A DNA stretch of 64,000 nt from Bacilli bacterium (GTDB taxonomy: Bacteria; Bacillota_I; Bacilli_A; ML615J-28; CAG-313). Positions within the stretch are counted from its first letter, which is position 1. Each line of letters opens with the position of its first letter. The stretch spans positions 174,258-238,257 of the forward strand of contig JAFQPO010000014.1 of the NCBI GenBank assembly GCA_017411715.1, read 5' to 3'. The translations under genes and the position numbers were made by a program. The notes under the pieces were generated by a model. It saw only the letters and a program-made list of their open reading frames with translations, made no database searches and was not told the origin of the DNA. Below are positions 29,940 through 42,019 of this stretch, one piece after another.

Positions 29940-31994
29940 TTATTCAGTGAATTTTTTCCAATCTTCTCCAAGAGCATCTAAAATTGTAGATGTTGGAATT
30001 TCAGCAGATTGTTTTTTATAATAAGCATCAAATTCAGCACGTTCTTTAGCAGCTTCTAATGCTTTAGCACTAACTGTTAAACGAGCACGTAATGGATCAC
30101 AATCCATAACTTGAACTTCAACTTCTGTACCAATTGGGAATACTTCTTCAACTTTAGCGATACGTTTAGCTGATGTTACTTCGTTAATTGGCATAAAACC
30201 AGTAACTTCTTGATAAGTAACTTTAGCACCACGATCTTCACTTGTTGCGATAACTACTTTAATAGCATCACCACGTCTTAAAGAAACATTAGCCCATTTA
30301 TTTTCTTTTGTCGCACGGTGTGATAAACTAACATGTTTTTTAGCATCATCAATCGCAGTAATTTTAACTTTGATAGTGCTACCTTCAGTGTATTGTCCAT
30401 CAATACGTTCATTAATTAGCCATGAATATTCACTATTTGGCATTAAACCGCTATATTCATCAGTTAATTTAATTAATAAACCAGCATCGATTACTTTAGC
30501 AACAGTTCCTTCAAATTCATCACCAACATGATATTGTTGTTTTAATAAATCCCATGGATGATCAATTAAAGCTTTACGTGAAAGACCAATTTTGCCTTCT
30601 TCCATTTTGATAATTTTAACTTTAACAACATCGCCAACTTTAACAAAGTCCGCAACATTTTTAACAAGTTTATGATCAAGTTCAGTACGGTGTAATAAAC
30701 CACTTACTTCACCTAATTCAACGATTGCACCAAAATCTAAAACATTAGTAACAGTACCTTCATGAATTTGACCAACTTCAAGTTTAGCAAGTGCTGCTTC
30801 TTTCTTTTGACGGTTGATTTTATTCATAGCTGCAGTATTAGAAACTGTAACACTAACTCTATCATGGTCAACATGAGTGATTAATACATCAATTTCTTCA
30901 TTTTTTAATTGATAAATAGCTTTTTCACTTAAATCAATATTTTTAATTGGTAAGAATACTTTGATATCATTATAAGATTTATAAAGCAAATCAGCACCAA
31001 TTCTACTAACACCTACAACTTTAGCTTTAATAATTTCATCACGTTCTTTAATTGCATCAAAAACTTTTAATTCTTCACGAGCATGGTATAGTTTTGTTGA
31101 TAATATTAATAAAGGCGCTCCAGTCTTTTTATCTTTAGCAAGTTGTTTAACAAGTCCTTTGAAGTCTCCTCCTTCCGCATATAAATCGCGTAGTTTTTGA
31201 CCTTCAATATAGCCTGATAAATCATTTGAATAGATTACAGCTTTTGTTTCTCCTGCTACTTCAAGATAAATTGCATCACTAGTGACATTATTAATAACAC
31301 CACTTACTTCTTGTCCTTCGAAAAATTTTAAATTACTCATTTTTTTAGAGCCCCTTTCATTTACTAAACTAATTATTTTTTCTACGACTTCATCTATTGT
31401 CATATCAGATGAGTCAATTACTATCGCATCATCAGCAACTTTTAGTGGGCTGATAGCTCTAGTTGAATCTTTGTGATCTCTAACATTTATTTCATTCAAT
31501 GTTTCTTCAAATGAAATGTCAAGACCTTTTTCAAGACGTTCTAATTGTCGTCTTCTTGCGCGGCATTCTGCAGATGCGTCTAAATAGATTTTTAAATCCG
31601 CATTAGGTAATACTACAGTACCAATATCACGGCCATCCATTACAACATTTTTACTTTCGCTGATTTTTCTTTGAAAATCAACTAACCAAGTTCTTACACG
31701 GCCGATTTTTGATGGAGTAGAAACATTAACTGTAACATCTACTGAACGAATATCAGTAGATACATCCTCACCATCAATAAAAATTTTATCATGATCAACA
31801 CTTAATACTGTATTATTAAGATAATCGTACTCGTCTTCATTCTCTAAATTGACTCCTAGACGAAGTCCTTTTAAAGTAATAGCACGGTACATTGCGCCTG
31901 TGTCAATGTATTGGAAATTTAGTTGTTTTGCGACAATTTTTGATATTGTACTTTTACCCGCTCCTGCTGGACCATCAATAGCTAATTTAAACAT
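29940..31994 (-). CDS. cmk: Fusion: cytidylate kinase (Cmk) + ribosomal protein S1 (four S1 repeats)
   Basis: N-terminus AIDGPAGAGKST (Cmk P-loop), about 220 aa, followed in frame by repeated S1 domains (GxV...G..V.V); start moved to ATG 31994 (GAGGTG SD). Confidence 0.85.
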   Translation of the reverse strand: MFKLAIDGPAGAGKSTISKIVAKQLNFQYIDTGAMYRAITLKGLRLGVNLENEDEYDYLNNTVLSVDHDKIFIDGEDVSTDIRSVDVTVNVSTPSKIGRVRTWLVDFQRKISESKNVVMDGRDIGTVVLPNADLKIYLDASAECRARRRQLERLEKGLDISFEETLNEINVRDHKDSTRAISPLKVADDAIVIDSSDMTIDEVVEKIISLVNERGSKKMSNLKFFEGQEVSGVINNVTSDAIYLEVAGETKAVIYSNDLSGYIEGQKLRDLYAEGGDFKGLVKQLAKDKKTGAPLLILSTKLYHAREELKVFDAIKERDEIIKAKVVGVSRIGADLLYKSYNDIKVFLPIKNIDLSEKAIYQLKNEEIDVLITHVDHDRVSVTVSNTAAMNKINRQKKEAALAKLEVGQIHEGTVTNVLDFGAIVELGEVSGLLHRTELDHKLVKNVADFVKVGDVVKVKIIKMEEGKIGLSRKALIDHPWDLLKQQYHVGDEFEGTVAKVIDAGLLIKLTDEYSGLMPNSEYSWLINERIDGQYTEGSTIKVKITAIDDAKKHVSLSHRATKENKWANVSLRRGDAIKVVIATSEDRGAKVTYQEVTGFMPINEVTSAKRIAKVEEVFPIGTEVEVQVMDCDPLRARLTVSAKALEAAKERAEFDAYYKKQSAEIPTSTILDALGEDWKKFTE

Positions 31995-32091
31995 AATACA
32001 CCTCGCATACCGACATATTATATCATAAAAAATTGGACTTTTCAAGAAAGTCACTTACTTTCATAAGTGAAGTCACCTTGAAATAGGTGAC

Positions 32092-34578
32092 TTATTTATC
32101 TTCATAATAATCAATATCATTGTCATCATGACAAATAACAATTTCATGTGGTCTTCCTAATTCAGAAGGAACCATCTTACGACCATTATCAGCAATTGCA
32201 ATACGTAAAACAGTATAATCGATTGGAATATAACCATTATCCGCAAACACATACATTGCTAGATTTGAGTTGGCATTCTTATAGTGGATAACTTCTAGAT
32301 GAACCGCTTCATGCATATTCGATCTAACAACTTTAAGACACATCTTACCAACATGGTTTTTCTTACCTTTATTGATTTCTTCTGGTCTCATACGTTTAAC
32401 ATTACCACGATTTGTTAATAGTACAACAATATCTTTTTCAGTAACATATTTAGCCCCAACAACATAATCATTTGGACGCCCTTTTAATTCAATTGATTTA
32501 ACACCAAATGAAGCAGGTTCAATAACGCTGATTTCAGATGCATCATAACGATTAATGTAACCATCTTTTGTAAGAATTACAACTTCTGCGTCATTTCCTT
32601 TAATAATATCAGCACTAACAACTTTGTCATCATCACGAAGTTTAGTCGCTTTTAAAACTTTTGAGTAACGATTAACTTCAAGTTTAGATAATTGAATTCT
32701 TTTAATTAAACCATATTTAGTAGCTAATAGTACATAAACATCATCACTAAACTTATCAACTGGGCAAGAGAAAATGACTTTTTCACCAGCTTCCATACCA
32801 ATTAATGTACTAACATGATATCCAAAGTCTTTATGTTTAGAATCTGGAATCTTATGAATTGGTAAGTATACATAGTTACCCAAATCAGTAAATTGTAATA
32901 AAGTATCAGTTGTTGACACTTCGTAAATATCACTAATTACATCACCATCTTTAAGTTTAGTTGGTCCATCAATTGCCGCGAAGGCTTTTTTAGTCATCTT
33001 TTTAAGATATCCTTCACGTGTAATTAATAGCATTACATCTTCTTTTGAAATTAAGTCAGCCTTAGCAACACTAACATCAGCAATTTCATGTTCTACAACT
33101 GTACGTCTTTCAACATTAATTAATTCTTTAGTTTCTAAAAGTTCAGCTTTAATTGCCTTTAATAAATTACTTTCATGACTTAAAATGTTACGAAGACGTT
33201 TAATTTCTTTATCTAAATTAGAAGCTTCAGCTTTTAATTCAAAAATATCAGTATTAGTTAAACGATATAATTGTAAATTAACGATTGCTTCAGCTTGTAA
33301 ATCAGAGAAACCATAATTAGTAATAATATTTTCTTTAGCATCACGTTTATTACTAGAATTTCTAATTGTTCTAATAACCGCATCTAAAATAGATACCATA
33401 CTAATTAAACCATCAACGATATGAGCTCTTCTTTCAGCTTTATCAAGTTCAAAATTACAACGATTTGTAATAACTTCTTTTTGATGGTCAACATAAGCAT
33501 CTAAAATTTCCATAATGCCCATTAAAACTGGACGCCCTTTAGAAATAGCAACCATATTATAGTTATAACTACATTGTAATTCAGTAGTTTTATAAAGGAA
33601 GTTTAAAATATATTCAGGATTAACATCTTTTCTAACATCAATTACTACTCTTAATCCTGTTCTATCAGTTTCATCACGGATTGCTCTAACCCCGTCAACC
33701 TCACGAGCAACAATCATATCATTCATCTTACGAACTAATGCTGCTTTATTTACATTAAATGGGATTTCAGTGATAACAATCTTATTATCTTGTTTATCCG
33801 CAACAATTTCAACCTTGGCCTTAACAATAATTTTACCTCGGCCAGTTTCAAAAGCTGATCTAATGCCTTCAATTCCTTGAACAATCCCTCCAGTTGGGAA
33901 GTCTGGACCTTGAACAATTTCCATAATATCATCCAAAGTTGATTTAGGATTATCAATACGTTTAATAACCGCATCAATTATTTCCCCAGGATTATGAGGC
34001 GGAATTTCTGTAGCATACCCGGCAGCAATCCCTGTTGCACCATTAACTAAAATATTAGGGAATTTCGCTGGTAAAACAATTGGTTCTAATTCTTCATCAT
34101 CAAAGTTTGGAACAAAACCAACAGTTCTTTGGCCCAAATCTTTTAATAATAATTCCGCATATTTAGATAAACGGCATTCTGTATAACGCATTGCTGCTGC
34201 AGAGTCACCATCTATTGACCCATTATTACCATGAATATCTGAAAGTGGTAATAACATTTTAAAATCTTGGCTCATTCTAACTAAGGCATCATATACCGCA
34301 ACATCCCCATGTGGATGATACTTACCAATTACTTCCCCAACTAAACGAGCTGACTTTTTATAAGGTTTATCATTGAATAAACGTAATTTGTATAATGCAA
34401 ATAAAATTCTACGTTGTACAGGTTTTAAACCATCTCTAACATCAGGCAAGGCACGTTCTTGAATAACATATTTAGAGAATCTACCAAAGCGATCTCCCAT
34501 GATATCTTCGAGATTTTCATGAAGGATAGTTTCTGTAGCAAATCTTTCAATAATATCTTTAATATTAGTTTTAGCCAC
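32092..34578 (-). CDS. parC: DNA topoisomerase IV subunit A (ParC)
   Basis: Type IIA topoisomerase A-subunit; no GyrA-box (QRRGGKG) seen; parE-parC pair next to plsY as in B. subtilis. Confidence 0.75.
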   Translation of the reverse strand: MAKTNIKDIIERFATETILHENLEDIMGDRFGRFSKYVIQERALPDVRDGLKPVQRRILFALYKLRLFNDKPYKKSARLVGEVIGKYHPHGDVAVYDALVRMSQDFKMLLPLSDIHGNNGSIDGDSAAAMRYTECRLSKYAELLLKDLGQRTVGFVPNFDDEELEPIVLPAKFPNILVNGATGIAAGYATEIPPHNPGEIIDAVIKRIDNPKSTLDDIMEIVQGPDFPTGGIVQGIEGIRSAFETGRGKIIVKAKVEIVADKQDNKIVITEIPFNVNKAALVRKMNDMIVAREVDGVRAIRDETDRTGLRVVIDVRKDVNPEYILNFLYKTTELQCSYNYNMVAISKGRPVLMGIMEILDAYVDHQKEVITNRCNFELDKAERRAHIVDGLISMVSILDAVIRTIRNSSNKRDAKENIITNYGFSDLQAEAIVNLQLYRLTNTDIFELKAEASNLDKEIKRLRNILSHESNLLKAIKAELLETKELINVERRTVVEHEIADVSVAKADLISKEDVMLLITREGYLKKMTKKAFAAIDGPTKLKDGDVISDIYEVSTTDTLLQFTDLGNYVYLPIHKIPDSKHKDFGYHVSTLIGMEAGEKVIFSCPVDKFSDDVYVLLATKYGLIKRIQLSKLEVNRYSKVLKATKLRDDDKVVSADIIKGNDAEVVILTKDGYINRYDASEISVIEPASFGVKSIELKGRPNDYVVGAKYVTEKDIVVLLTNRGNVKRMRPEEINKGKKNHVGKMCLKVVRSNMHEAVHLEVIHYKNANSNLAMYVFADNGYIPIDYTVLRIAIADNGRKMVPSELGRPHEIVICHDDNDIDYYEDK

Positions 34579-36524
34579 TATTCATCATCCTCCTTATCTT
34601 CTAAGGTAAAGTTATCTTCAAAATCAAATACAACATTATTTTCAATCCATTCGCGACGTGGTTCAACATCATCACCCATTAGAACACTAACACGATTATC
34701 AGCCACTCCATATTCACCTAATTTTACTTGAATTAATGTTCGACGTGCTGGATCGAGAGTGGTTTCCCATAATTGTTCAGTACTCATTTCCCCTAAACCT
34801 TTGAATCGTTGAATACTAACATTATTATGATGACCAATAATTTCACGTAATTCCTCATCTGTCCAAGCATAATATGTATTAGCTTTAATTACTACTTTAT
34901 ATAGAGGAGGTGTCGCAATATAAATTTTACCTGCTTCAATAAGTTCTGTCATATAACGGAAAAAGAATGTTAAAAGCAATGTTTGAATGTGTGCACCATC
35001 GGTATCGGCATCGGTCATAATGATAATACGGTTATAATTACATTTGTTAATATCAAAGTCTTGACCAAAGCCTGCGCCAATTGTATTAATAATTGAAACA
35101 ATTTCTTCGTTTTTTAAAACTTCATCAATTTTAATCTTTTCAGTATTTAAAACTTTACCTCTTAAAGGTAGAATTGCTTGAAAAACAGAATCACGACCTT
35201 GTTTTGCGGTACCACCTGCTGAATCCCCTTCAACTAAAAATAATTCATTAACTTTTGGATTAGCAAATTGAGGTGGTATTAATTTACCAAGTAAGTTAGC
35301 AGGTTTAGAAGTTTTTTGTTTAACCATACGCGCTTCATCTCTTGCTTTACGAGCAGCTTCACGAGCTTTAGCAGCGCGAAGAGCATTATTAATTAAGGTA
35401 TTAGCAATTTCACCTTTTTCTGCCATAAAGAAACGCATATTTTCATATACAATATTTTCAACTGCCGTTTTCGCATCTGGTGTTCCTAACTTATTCTTTG
35501 TTTGTCCTTCAAATTGTAACAAATTTTCAGGAACGCGGATAGAAATAATAGCAGTTAAACCTTCTCTGATATCAGCGCCTTCCATATTAGGATCTTTATC
35601 TTTTAATGCTCCAATCATTCTCGCATGGTCATTAAATGCTCTTGTTAAAGCAGTTCTGAAACCAACTTCATGAGTACCACCATCATGAGTACGAATGTTA
35701 TTAACAAAAGATAATACAGATTCACTGTAAGAATTTGAGCAATATAAAATAGCAGTTTCTATGTAAATACCATTAAATTCTCCGCTAATAAAGGCTGGTT
35801 CATGAATAGCTTTTTTACTAGCAGTTAATGATTTAACAAATTCTACAATCCCATGCTCATAATGAAATGAATCAGATTGATTATTACGTAAGTCAATTAA
35901 ATCAATTTTTAAACCTTTAATTAAATAAGCACTTTCTTTAAGTCTAGTTGCGACAGTCTTATAGTCAAAAATTGTTGATGAGAAAATTTTACCATCTGGT
36001 TTAAATTTAATTATTGTACCAGTTTTTCTTGTATCACCTAGCCATTTAGGTTTTTCAATATTTTTTCCACCATTAGAATATTTTTGATAATAAATCTTAC
36101 CTTCACGATGAATAGTAACTTCTAGATATTCACTTAAAGCATTAACTACGCTCGAACCTACACCGTGTAGCCCCCCAGAAACTTTATATCCACCATTAGA
36201 ATCAAATTTACCACCGGCATGAAGTGTGTTAAAAATAACTTGTGGGGTAGGTAACCCATTACTTTTGTGTTTACCTGTCGGAATACCACGACCATTATCT
36301 GATACTTCAACACTATTATCCGGATAAATTTTAACCGTGATTAATGCACCAAAACCTTGTAATGCCTCGTCAATCGCATTATCAACAATTTCCCATACTA
36401 AATGATGAAGCCCTCTTGCGTCAGTTGACCCAATATACATCCCAGGTCTTTTTCTAACTGCCTCTAAGCCTTCTAAGACTTGAATGGATTCTTCTGTGTA
36501 TTGAACATTAGTCTGTTTAGCCAT
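34578..36524 (-). CDS. parE: DNA topoisomerase IV subunit B (ParE)
   Basis: GHKL ATPase + TOPRIM (LVEGDSAGG); ATG at 36524 has a GGAG SD 8 nt upstream (ORF-track GTG at 36533 lacks one). Confidence 0.75.
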   Translation of the reverse strand: MAKQTNVQYTEESIQVLEGLEAVRKRPGMYIGSTDARGLHHLVWEIVDNAIDEALQGFGALITVKIYPDNSVEVSDNGRGIPTGKHKSNGLPTPQVIFNTLHAGGKFDSNGGYKVSGGLHGVGSSVVNALSEYLEVTIHREGKIYYQKYSNGGKNIEKPKWLGDTRKTGTIIKFKPDGKIFSSTIFDYKTVATRLKESAYLIKGLKIDLIDLRNNQSDSFHYEHGIVEFVKSLTASKKAIHEPAFISGEFNGIYIETAILYCSNSYSESVLSFVNNIRTHDGGTHEVGFRTALTRAFNDHARMIGALKDKDPNMEGADIREGLTAIISIRVPENLLQFEGQTKNKLGTPDAKTAVENIVYENMRFFMAEKGEIANTLINNALRAAKAREAARKARDEARMVKQKTSKPANLLGKLIPPQFANPKVNELFLVEGDSAGGTAKQGRDSVFQAILPLRGKVLNTEKIKIDEVLKNEEIVSIINTIGAGFGQDFDINKCNYNRIIIMTDADTDGAHIQTLLLTFFFRYMTELIEAGKIYIATPPLYKVVIKANTYYAWTDEELREIIGHHNNVSIQRFKGLGEMSTEQLWETTLDPARRTLIQVKLGEYGVADNRVSVLMGDDVEPRREWIENNVVFDFEDNFTLEDKEDDE

Positions 36525-36753
36525 TTTGCACACTCCTTTTTTGATATTTTTATAATTTTTCAGTGATTTTTCTCTTTTTCATCACTTTTCTCTTTCTTAT
36601 TATATCATAATTCATCTTTTTATGCAAATATTTTAACTTTTTTATTAGAAAATTAAATTTTTTTCTCAAAAATATTGTTTTTTTAAAATTACAAGTGTTT
36701 TTTTATTAATATTTTAAAAAATATGATATAATATTTACATAAATAGAAAAGAG

Positions 36754-37482
36754 ATGACAAAAATGATAATATTTACTGAGATTTTACTTGCCTTATTAGC
36801 ATATCTTTTAGGTTCAATTCCTTGTGCTCTAATAATCAGTAAAACATTTTTTAATATTGACATTCGCGAATATGGCAGTAAAAATATGGGCGCTACTAAT
36901 GTTTTAAGAGTTCTAGGCTTAAAATATGGGATTGTAGTATTTTTAATGGATGCATTAAAAGCAGGATTAATTGTCTTATTCTTTAGAGTAGGACTAATTA
37001 ATCAAGAAGTATATTCCCACATTCATCCCCTTGTCTATGGAATTATTGCGATAATCGGCCATTTATTCCCGATATTTGCCAAATTCAAAGGTGGTAAAGG
37101 TGTTGCTTGTGCTGCAGGAATCTTCGCTTGCTATGCACCTCTTCACTTCTTAATTGCTATTAGCATTTTTATTATTGTATTTTTAATTTTTAGATACGTC
37201 TCAGTAGCATCACTTACAGCTGTTCCATCTAGCATTCCTATTTCTTTAATACTTAAAATTAATGGGAAAGTTGACATCGGCCTTGTAATCTTTTGCGTGA
37301 TTGCTAGCATCTTTATTATAATAGCACATCGAAAAAATATAGTTCGCTTGCTAACTAAAAAAGAGTCAAAAACTACAGTGAAGAATAAAGGTTCAATTGC
37401 GGAAAGTACTTTTAATAAAAAGCCTACTATCATTTATGAAGAAAAACCACAAGTAGTTATAAGAATAAAAAAACAAAAATAG
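36754..37482 (+). CDS. plsY: Glycerol-3-phosphate acyltransferase PlsY (with about 45-aa basic C-terminal extension)
   Basis: SGNMGATN motif, HxxP, GGKGVA motif; 242 aa versus about 195 aa typical. Confidence 0.85.
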   Translation: MTKMIIFTEILLALLAYLLGSIPCALIISKTFFNIDIREYGSKNMGATNVLRVLGLKYGIVVFLMDALKAGLIVLFFRVGLINQEVYSHIHPLVYGIIAIIGHLFPIFAKFKGGKGVACAAGIFACYAPLHFLIAISIFIIVFLIFRYVSVASLTAVPSSIPISLILKINGKVDIGLVIFCVIASIFIIIAHRKNIVRLLTKKESKTTVKNKGSIAESTFNKKPTIIYEEKPQVVIRIKKQK

Positions 37483-37508
37483 TCAAACATTGTTTGACTA
37501 TTTTTTTG
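37481..37508 (+). terminator. Rho-independent terminator after plsY
   Basis: agtcaaac-att-gtttgact stem overlapping the plsY stop, followed by T8. Confidence 0.7.
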
Positions 37509-37758
37509 CTTTCTTAGTTGGTTTTTTTGAAGATTCAGGTTTAACATTCATTGTTGCCATTACTTTATTAATGTCAGCTTCAGATGGTTTACGACCCATT
37601 TGCATGAACATTGCGCGAATCATGTTACGATTAACTGGTGGATTTTTTTCCAATTGACGTTGGAATAAAATACGTGTAACGATGAAGCTAGCAATAGCCC
37701 CTACTAAAACACATACAAGTAATAAAACAATAAATAACCAAATTTTAATTTCCATCAT
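37498..37758 (-). CDS. UPF0154 (YneF-like) small membrane protein
   Basis: N-terminal TM then RILFQRQLEKNPPVNRNMIRAMFMQMGRKPSEADINKVM, characteristic of the UPF0154 family. Confidence 0.6.
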   Translation of the reverse strand: MMEIKIWLFIVLLLVCVLVGAIASFIVTRILFQRQLEKNPPVNRNMIRAMFMQMGRKPSEADINKVMATMNVKPESSKKPTKKAKK

Positions 37759-37908
37759 GTTAATAATCTCCTTTGATATTTCTCGTATATTATACTACAT
37801 TTTTTTATTTTTAGCAAATGAAGTATCTTACTAAAAATAAATACGCTATATTATTGAAAAAAAATAGATTTTAATGTAGAATAGTGGTATCAAATAGGAG
37901 GTACGACT

Positions 37909-38076
37909 ATGCCAAGAAAAATTACTGACAGCTGCATCGCATGTGGAAGTTGTGCTGGTGAATGCCCTGTTGAAGCCATCAAAGAAGGCGATATTTATTC
38001 TATCGATCCATCTGTTTGCATCGACTGTGGTGTTTGTGAATCAGCTTGCCCAATGGGTGCAATCGTTGAAGAATAA
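37909..38076 (+). CDS. 4Fe-4S ferredoxin (55 aa; below the ORF-track size cutoff)
   Basis: MPRKITDSCIACGSCAGECP...CIDCGVCESACP: two CxxCxxCxxxCP clusters; GGAGG SD 8 nt upstream; terminator directly downstream. Confidence 0.75.
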   Translation: MPRKITDSCIACGSCAGECPVEAIKEGDIYSIDPSVCIDCGVCESACPMGAIVEE

Positions 38077-38113
38077 AAAAATTACCTGTTAGATTTCTAA
38101 CAGGATTTTTTTA
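38075..38113. terminator. Bidirectional rho-independent terminator (ferredoxin on +, nif3 on -)
   Basis: aaaaaa-att-acctgttaga-ttt-tctaacagg-attttttt; perfect 9-bp stem flanked by A-run and T-run. Confidence 0.8.
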
Positions 38114-38115
38114 TG

Positions 38116-38904
38116 TTAATCTATATAATAATTGAAAGGATCTGCAATATGGGCAGATTTTTTTATTTCTACTTCACTAAACTCAGATTGTAAAAGCGTA
38201 ATTATCTCAGTTAATGCGACATCTTCAACCGCATGCGGTAGTTCAATTAAGACTAGGTTATTTTCTATAGCATCAAGCGCATTATTATGTCGGAATTCAC
38301 CACTGATATAGCAATCAACACCTAATCTTTGAGCACTATACATATCGCCTGCACCACCGCCTGCTACCATTCCGGCTTTTTTAATTCTTTTATCTAAATT
38401 ACCGACTGTTCTTACGACATTAATTGATAATTTTTCAGAAATAATTGAGATTAATTCTCTAGCAGTGATATTGTTACAATTAAAAGTTCTCACAAATTGA
38501 TCAGGAATAAATTCATAGTTTTCTTCTTCGTTAGAAACAAATCCCATTTTTTTAATCAAAGTATCATTCAATCCACCTTTGGAAATATCAAAGTTTGTGT
38601 GCATAGCAATAATATTTAAATCATTTGTGAAAATTTTCTTTAAATTTCTACCAAGCACTGATGTATAATTTAAATTTAATAAAGGTGAAAACATAAAAGG
38701 ATGATGAGAAACAATCAAGTTCACATCATTTTTTATAGCTTCATCAATTACGTCTGATGTAACATCAAGTGTAACTAGCACTTTTTTAACGCTTGCGGTC
38801 GGATTACCAAATTGTAGTCCTATTTTTCCTTTATCAAAACTACTGGCATATTCAATTGGAAATTTATTATCTAAAAATGTTAGAATGTCTTTTACTAATA
38901 ACAT
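38116..38904 (-). CDS. Nif3-family dinuclear metal-centre protein (YqfO/YbgI-like, short form)
   Basis: HHPF motif (LIVSHHPFMF) and C-terminal metal-binding region; trmK...nif3 synteny. Confidence 0.8.
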   Translation of the reverse strand: MLLVKDILTFLDNKFPIEYASSFDKGKIGLQFGNPTASVKKVLVTLDVTSDVIDEAIKNDVNLIVSHHPFMFSPLLNLNYTSVLGRNLKKIFTNDLNIIAMHTNFDISKGGLNDTLIKKMGFVSNEEENYEFIPDQFVRTFNCNNITARELISIISEKLSINVVRTVGNLDKRIKKAGMVAGGGAGDMYSAQRLGVDCYISGEFRHNNALDAIENNLVLIELPHAVEDVALTEIITLLQSEFSEVEIKKSAHIADPFNYYID

Positions 38905-38907
38905 ATT

Positions 38908-40071
38908 TTAAACCTCTTTTAATTCTCTTAATTGTTTAATCCTAGCAGGATGTCTTAATCTTCTAATAGCTTTAGATTCAATTTGTCTAATTCTTTCACG
39001 TGTTACTCCGAATTCTAGCCCTACTTCTTCTAATGTTTTAGGTTGATTATCATCAAAACCATAACGCATTCTAATAACTTTTTCTTCGCGTGGCGTAAGT
39101 GAAGATAGAAGTCTATTAATAGCTTCTTTATTAATTTTATTTTCAGAATAATTGAACGGATCTAAAATTGAAGTATCTTTAACAAAATCAATAGTTGTTG
39201 TATCATCATCTTCTGATACAGTTTTATCAAGTGATACAGTATCTAAAGATACATTTAGCAAATATTCAACTTTTGAAATATCCATTGAAGTAGCATTAGC
39301 AAGTTCAATGGTAGTTGGTTCTCGGTTATATTTTTGACTTAATATTCTTTTAGCTCGATTAATCTTATTGATAGCATCATGTAAATGAACCGGTAATCTT
39401 ATCATTCTTCCTTGGTCCGCAATGGCTCTAGAAATTGATTGTTTAATCCACCATGTTGCGTAAGTTGAAAATTTGAAACCTTTAGTTGGATCAAATTTAT
39501 TGACAGCCTTAATTAATCCCATATTTCCTTCTTGAATTAAATCAAGAAACGATAAACCACTACCTATATATTTTTTCGCATTAGGTACAACTAATCTTAA
39601 ATTTGATTCAATTAAAATATTTCTAGCTACTTCACCCTCTAAAATCTTTTGTTCAATATCACTTCTAGCAGAATTAGTCAAAGTAATATTATTTTCGTCA
39701 GCAAATTTCAAATATTCTTTTAATTCATTAGCCTCTAGATTTAATTTACCATATTCTACTTCTTGTTCATATGTCAATAAGCTAATTTGACCAATTTCAT
39801 GTAAGTATAAACGGACCGCATCATTATGATATGAATGAGACTGAGATTCCTCAAATTCATTTAAGTCTATCTCAGCCTTTTCATTATATTCATCTGAATC
39901 AATATCTTCAACAATCAATAATTCTTCTTTTTGTAAATAAGCAATTACTTCATCATAAGAATATTGAGTACTATCATTTAATATTTCATTAATAGTCTCT
40001 TTTTTTATATACCCATTTAAAGAAGCTATTTTTTTAATTTCTTCAACTTTTTCTAGAAAGTCCTTCTTCAT
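38908..40071 (-). CDS. Second full-length RpoD-like (group 1/2) sigma-70 factor
   Basis: Regions 1.2-4.2 present; region 2.4 ([18 protein letters not shown]) and region 4.2 ([19 protein letters not shown]) are nearly identical to sigA at 40737-42011, while the N-terminus and region 3 diverge; start set at ATG 40071 (GGGGGA SD). Confidence 0.8.
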   Translation of the reverse strand: MKKDFLEKVEEIKKIASLNGYIKKETINEILNDSTQYSYDEVIAYLQKEELLIVEDIDSDEYNEKAEIDLNEFEESQSHSYHNDAVRLYLHEIGQISLLTYEQEVEYGKLNLEANELKEYLKFADENNITLTNSARSDIEQKILEGEVARNILIESNLRLVVPNAKKYIGSGLSFLDLIQEGNMGLIKAVNKFDPTKGFKFSTYATWWIKQSISRAIADQGRMIRLPVHLHDAINKINRAKRILSQKYNREPTTIELANATSMDISKVEYLLNVSLDTVSLDKTVSEDDDTTTIDFVKDTSILDPFNYSENKINKEAINRLLSSLTPREEKVIRMRYGFDDNQPKTLEEVGLEFGVTRERIRQIESKAIRRLRHPARIKQLRELKEV

Positions 40072-40747
40072 TGATGTCCCCCACATTATTTTTTATTATT
40101 AACATTTCCCTTTTAATTTTTTTATAGCTGTCGCTACTTTCATTAAGTCCTCTAATAATATCATTCAAATGATTATATCTAATTGACCATTTGTCAATAA
40201 ACACTTTAGATTTATTTCTAAGCAAGACAGGTCCTAATAAACACTCATCATCACTCAGTTCAACTAATTCATTAGTTGGTACCACACAAAACGCTTCATA
40301 GTACTTATTATTTTCAAAAATAATCATTTCATCAGCAATTTTAAAATTATTGCTTGATAAAAATTTCCTAATTAAGAATGGTTTTGTATGAGGAACTAAA
40401 ATGATTTTTTTAAGTCTTTTAGCTCTTTGTAAATGTTTCGATATAATTTCAATAATATTATCAGCACCCATTCCACAAATGCAAACAGTGTCAACTTCTT
40501 CATTCAAATCGTCCATCCCCGAAGACAGAGTGAAGAAAACTTCCGCATTGTGATCTAAGTCTTTGAAGTTTTGTTTCGCTGATGATAATGGTCCTTCTTT
40601 ATTATCTATATTTTGAATGTATTTAACATTTTTACCTAAAGATAATATTCCTAAATATCCATGATCACAGCCGATATCAGCAATTTTATCAGATTCCCCA
40701 ATCCAAGTTAAAATGCTTTTTAATCTTTGTGATATATTATCTATCAT
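40043..40747 (-). CDS. trmK: tRNA (adenine22-N1)-methyltransferase TrmK
   Basis: SAM-binding [11 protein letters not shown]-terminus aligns to B. subtilis TrmK from the M8 codon (ISQRLKSIL); sits immediately downstream of sigA as in Bacillus yqfN. Confidence 0.7.
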   Translation of the reverse strand: MIDNISQRLKSILTWIGESDKIADIGCDHGYLGILSLGKNVKYIQNIDNKEGPLSSAKQNFKDLDHNAEVFFTLSSGMDDLNEEVDTVCICGMGADNIIEIISKHLQRAKRLKKIILVPHTKPFLIRKFLSSNNFKIADEMIIFENNKYYEAFCVVPTNELVELSDDECLLGPVLLRNKSKVFIDKWSIRYNHLNDIIRGLNESSDSYKKIKREMLIIKNNVGDINEEGLSRKS

Positions 40748-42011
40748 AACCACTAGGTGCGTGTTCACGAAGTTTATTTAAACGAGCAGGGTTACGAAGA
40801 CGTCTAATTGCTTTTGCTTCAATTTGTCTAATACGTTCACGTGTCACGCCTAACATACGACCAACTTCTTCTAAAGTACGTGGATGATTATCATCTAATC
40901 CATATCTTAATCTAATAACTTTTTCTTCACGAGGAGTTAAAGTTTGAAGAATTTCTTCAATTTGTTCATGATATAAGCGTTCTTGAGTATATTCAAGTGG
41001 ATTAGGATTATCATTATCCGCGATGAAATCTCCTAAGTTAGAATCTTCTTCTTCACCTACTGTTGCGTCAAAAGAAATAGTTTCTTGAGCAATTTTTAAG
41101 ATTTGTTGTACTTTTTCAGGTGTTGTTTTCATTTCTATTGCAATTTCCTCTGGAGTAGGTTCGCGGCGTTTTTCTTGTGTTAATTTACGAGAAATACGCA
41201 TTAAACGATTAATTGTTTCAACCATATGAACAGGAATTCTAATTGTACGGCCTTGGTCCGCAATGGCACGTGTAATAGATTGTCGAATCCACCATGTTGC
41301 GTATGTAGAGAATTTTCCCCCACGAGTAGGGTCAAATTTATTAACTGATTTCATTAATCCCATATTACCTTCTTGAATTAAATCAAGGAAAGATAAACCA
41401 CGACCAACATAACGTTTAGCTACCCATACTACTAAACGAAGGTTAGCTTCAATTAAAATATTTCTTGCTTCTTCACCTTGAGCAATTTTTTCAGTTAATT
41501 CAACCATTTCTTCAGCTGGTATAGTTTTACCAGCTTTTTTATAAGCTTCAATTTTTTCTTGGCAAGCAAGACCTTCTTGAACAGTTCTTGCAAACTCAGC
41601 TTCTTGAGTAATTGATAATAATTCAATTTGACCAATATCTCTTAAATACATTTTAACGGGGTCATCAGCTTGATGAATACCAGATGTAAAATCATCAAAG
41701 TCAGCAACTTTAATTTCACTTTCAACAACTGATGCTAATTCTTCAATTTCTTCATCAATTTCTACTTCATCTGCAAATGCTTCAAAATCATCATCAAATT
41801 CTTCAATTAATAAATCATCAACATCTCCAGCATTGCCATCACTATCACGTGTAATTTCAATACCTTCATTTTCTAAATACTTAATTATTTCATCTAATTG
41901 TTCTTCACTAGGATCTTTAAAGATTTCAATAATTTTACTTAAAGGAATATATTGTTCCTTTGCTGCGAATTCTTTAACCATCTCAAGTTCAATTTTATAT
42001 AATTCTTCCAT
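40737..42011 (-). CDS. sigA: RNA polymerase primary sigma factor SigA/RpoD
   Basis: Acidic region 1.1, regions 2-4 complete; dnaG-sigA operon synteny. Confidence 0.9.
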   Translation of the reverse strand: MEELYKIELEMVKEFAAKEQYIPLSKIIEIFKDPSEEQLDEIIKYLENEGIEITRDSDGNAGDVDDLLIEEFDDDFEAFADEVEIDEEIEELASVVESEIKVADFDDFTSGIHQADDPVKMYLRDIGQIELLSITQEAEFARTVQEGLACQEKIEAYKKAGKTIPAEEMVELTEKIAQGEEARNILIEANLRLVVWVAKRYVGRGLSFLDLIQEGNMGLMKSVNKFDPTRGGKFSTYATWWIRQSITRAIADQGRTIRIPVHMVETINRLMRISRKLTQEKRREPTPEEIAIEMKTTPEKVQQILKIAQETISFDATVGEEEDSNLGDFIADNDNPNPLEYTQERLYHEQIEEILQTLTPREEKVIRLRYGLDDNHPRTLEEVGRMLGVTRERIRQIEAKAIRRLRNPARLNKLREHAPSGYDR

Positions 42012-42019
42012 AGTACCTC

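Noticed and set aside
32092-36533. Calling the type II topoisomerase pair gyrA/gyrB
   Set aside because: No GyrA-box (QRRGGKG) is visible in the A subunit C-terminus. The pair is not next to dnaA/dnaN/recF. The adjacency to plsY matches the Bacillus plsY-parE-parC arrangement. Called ParC/ParE, but only at about 0.75 confidence.
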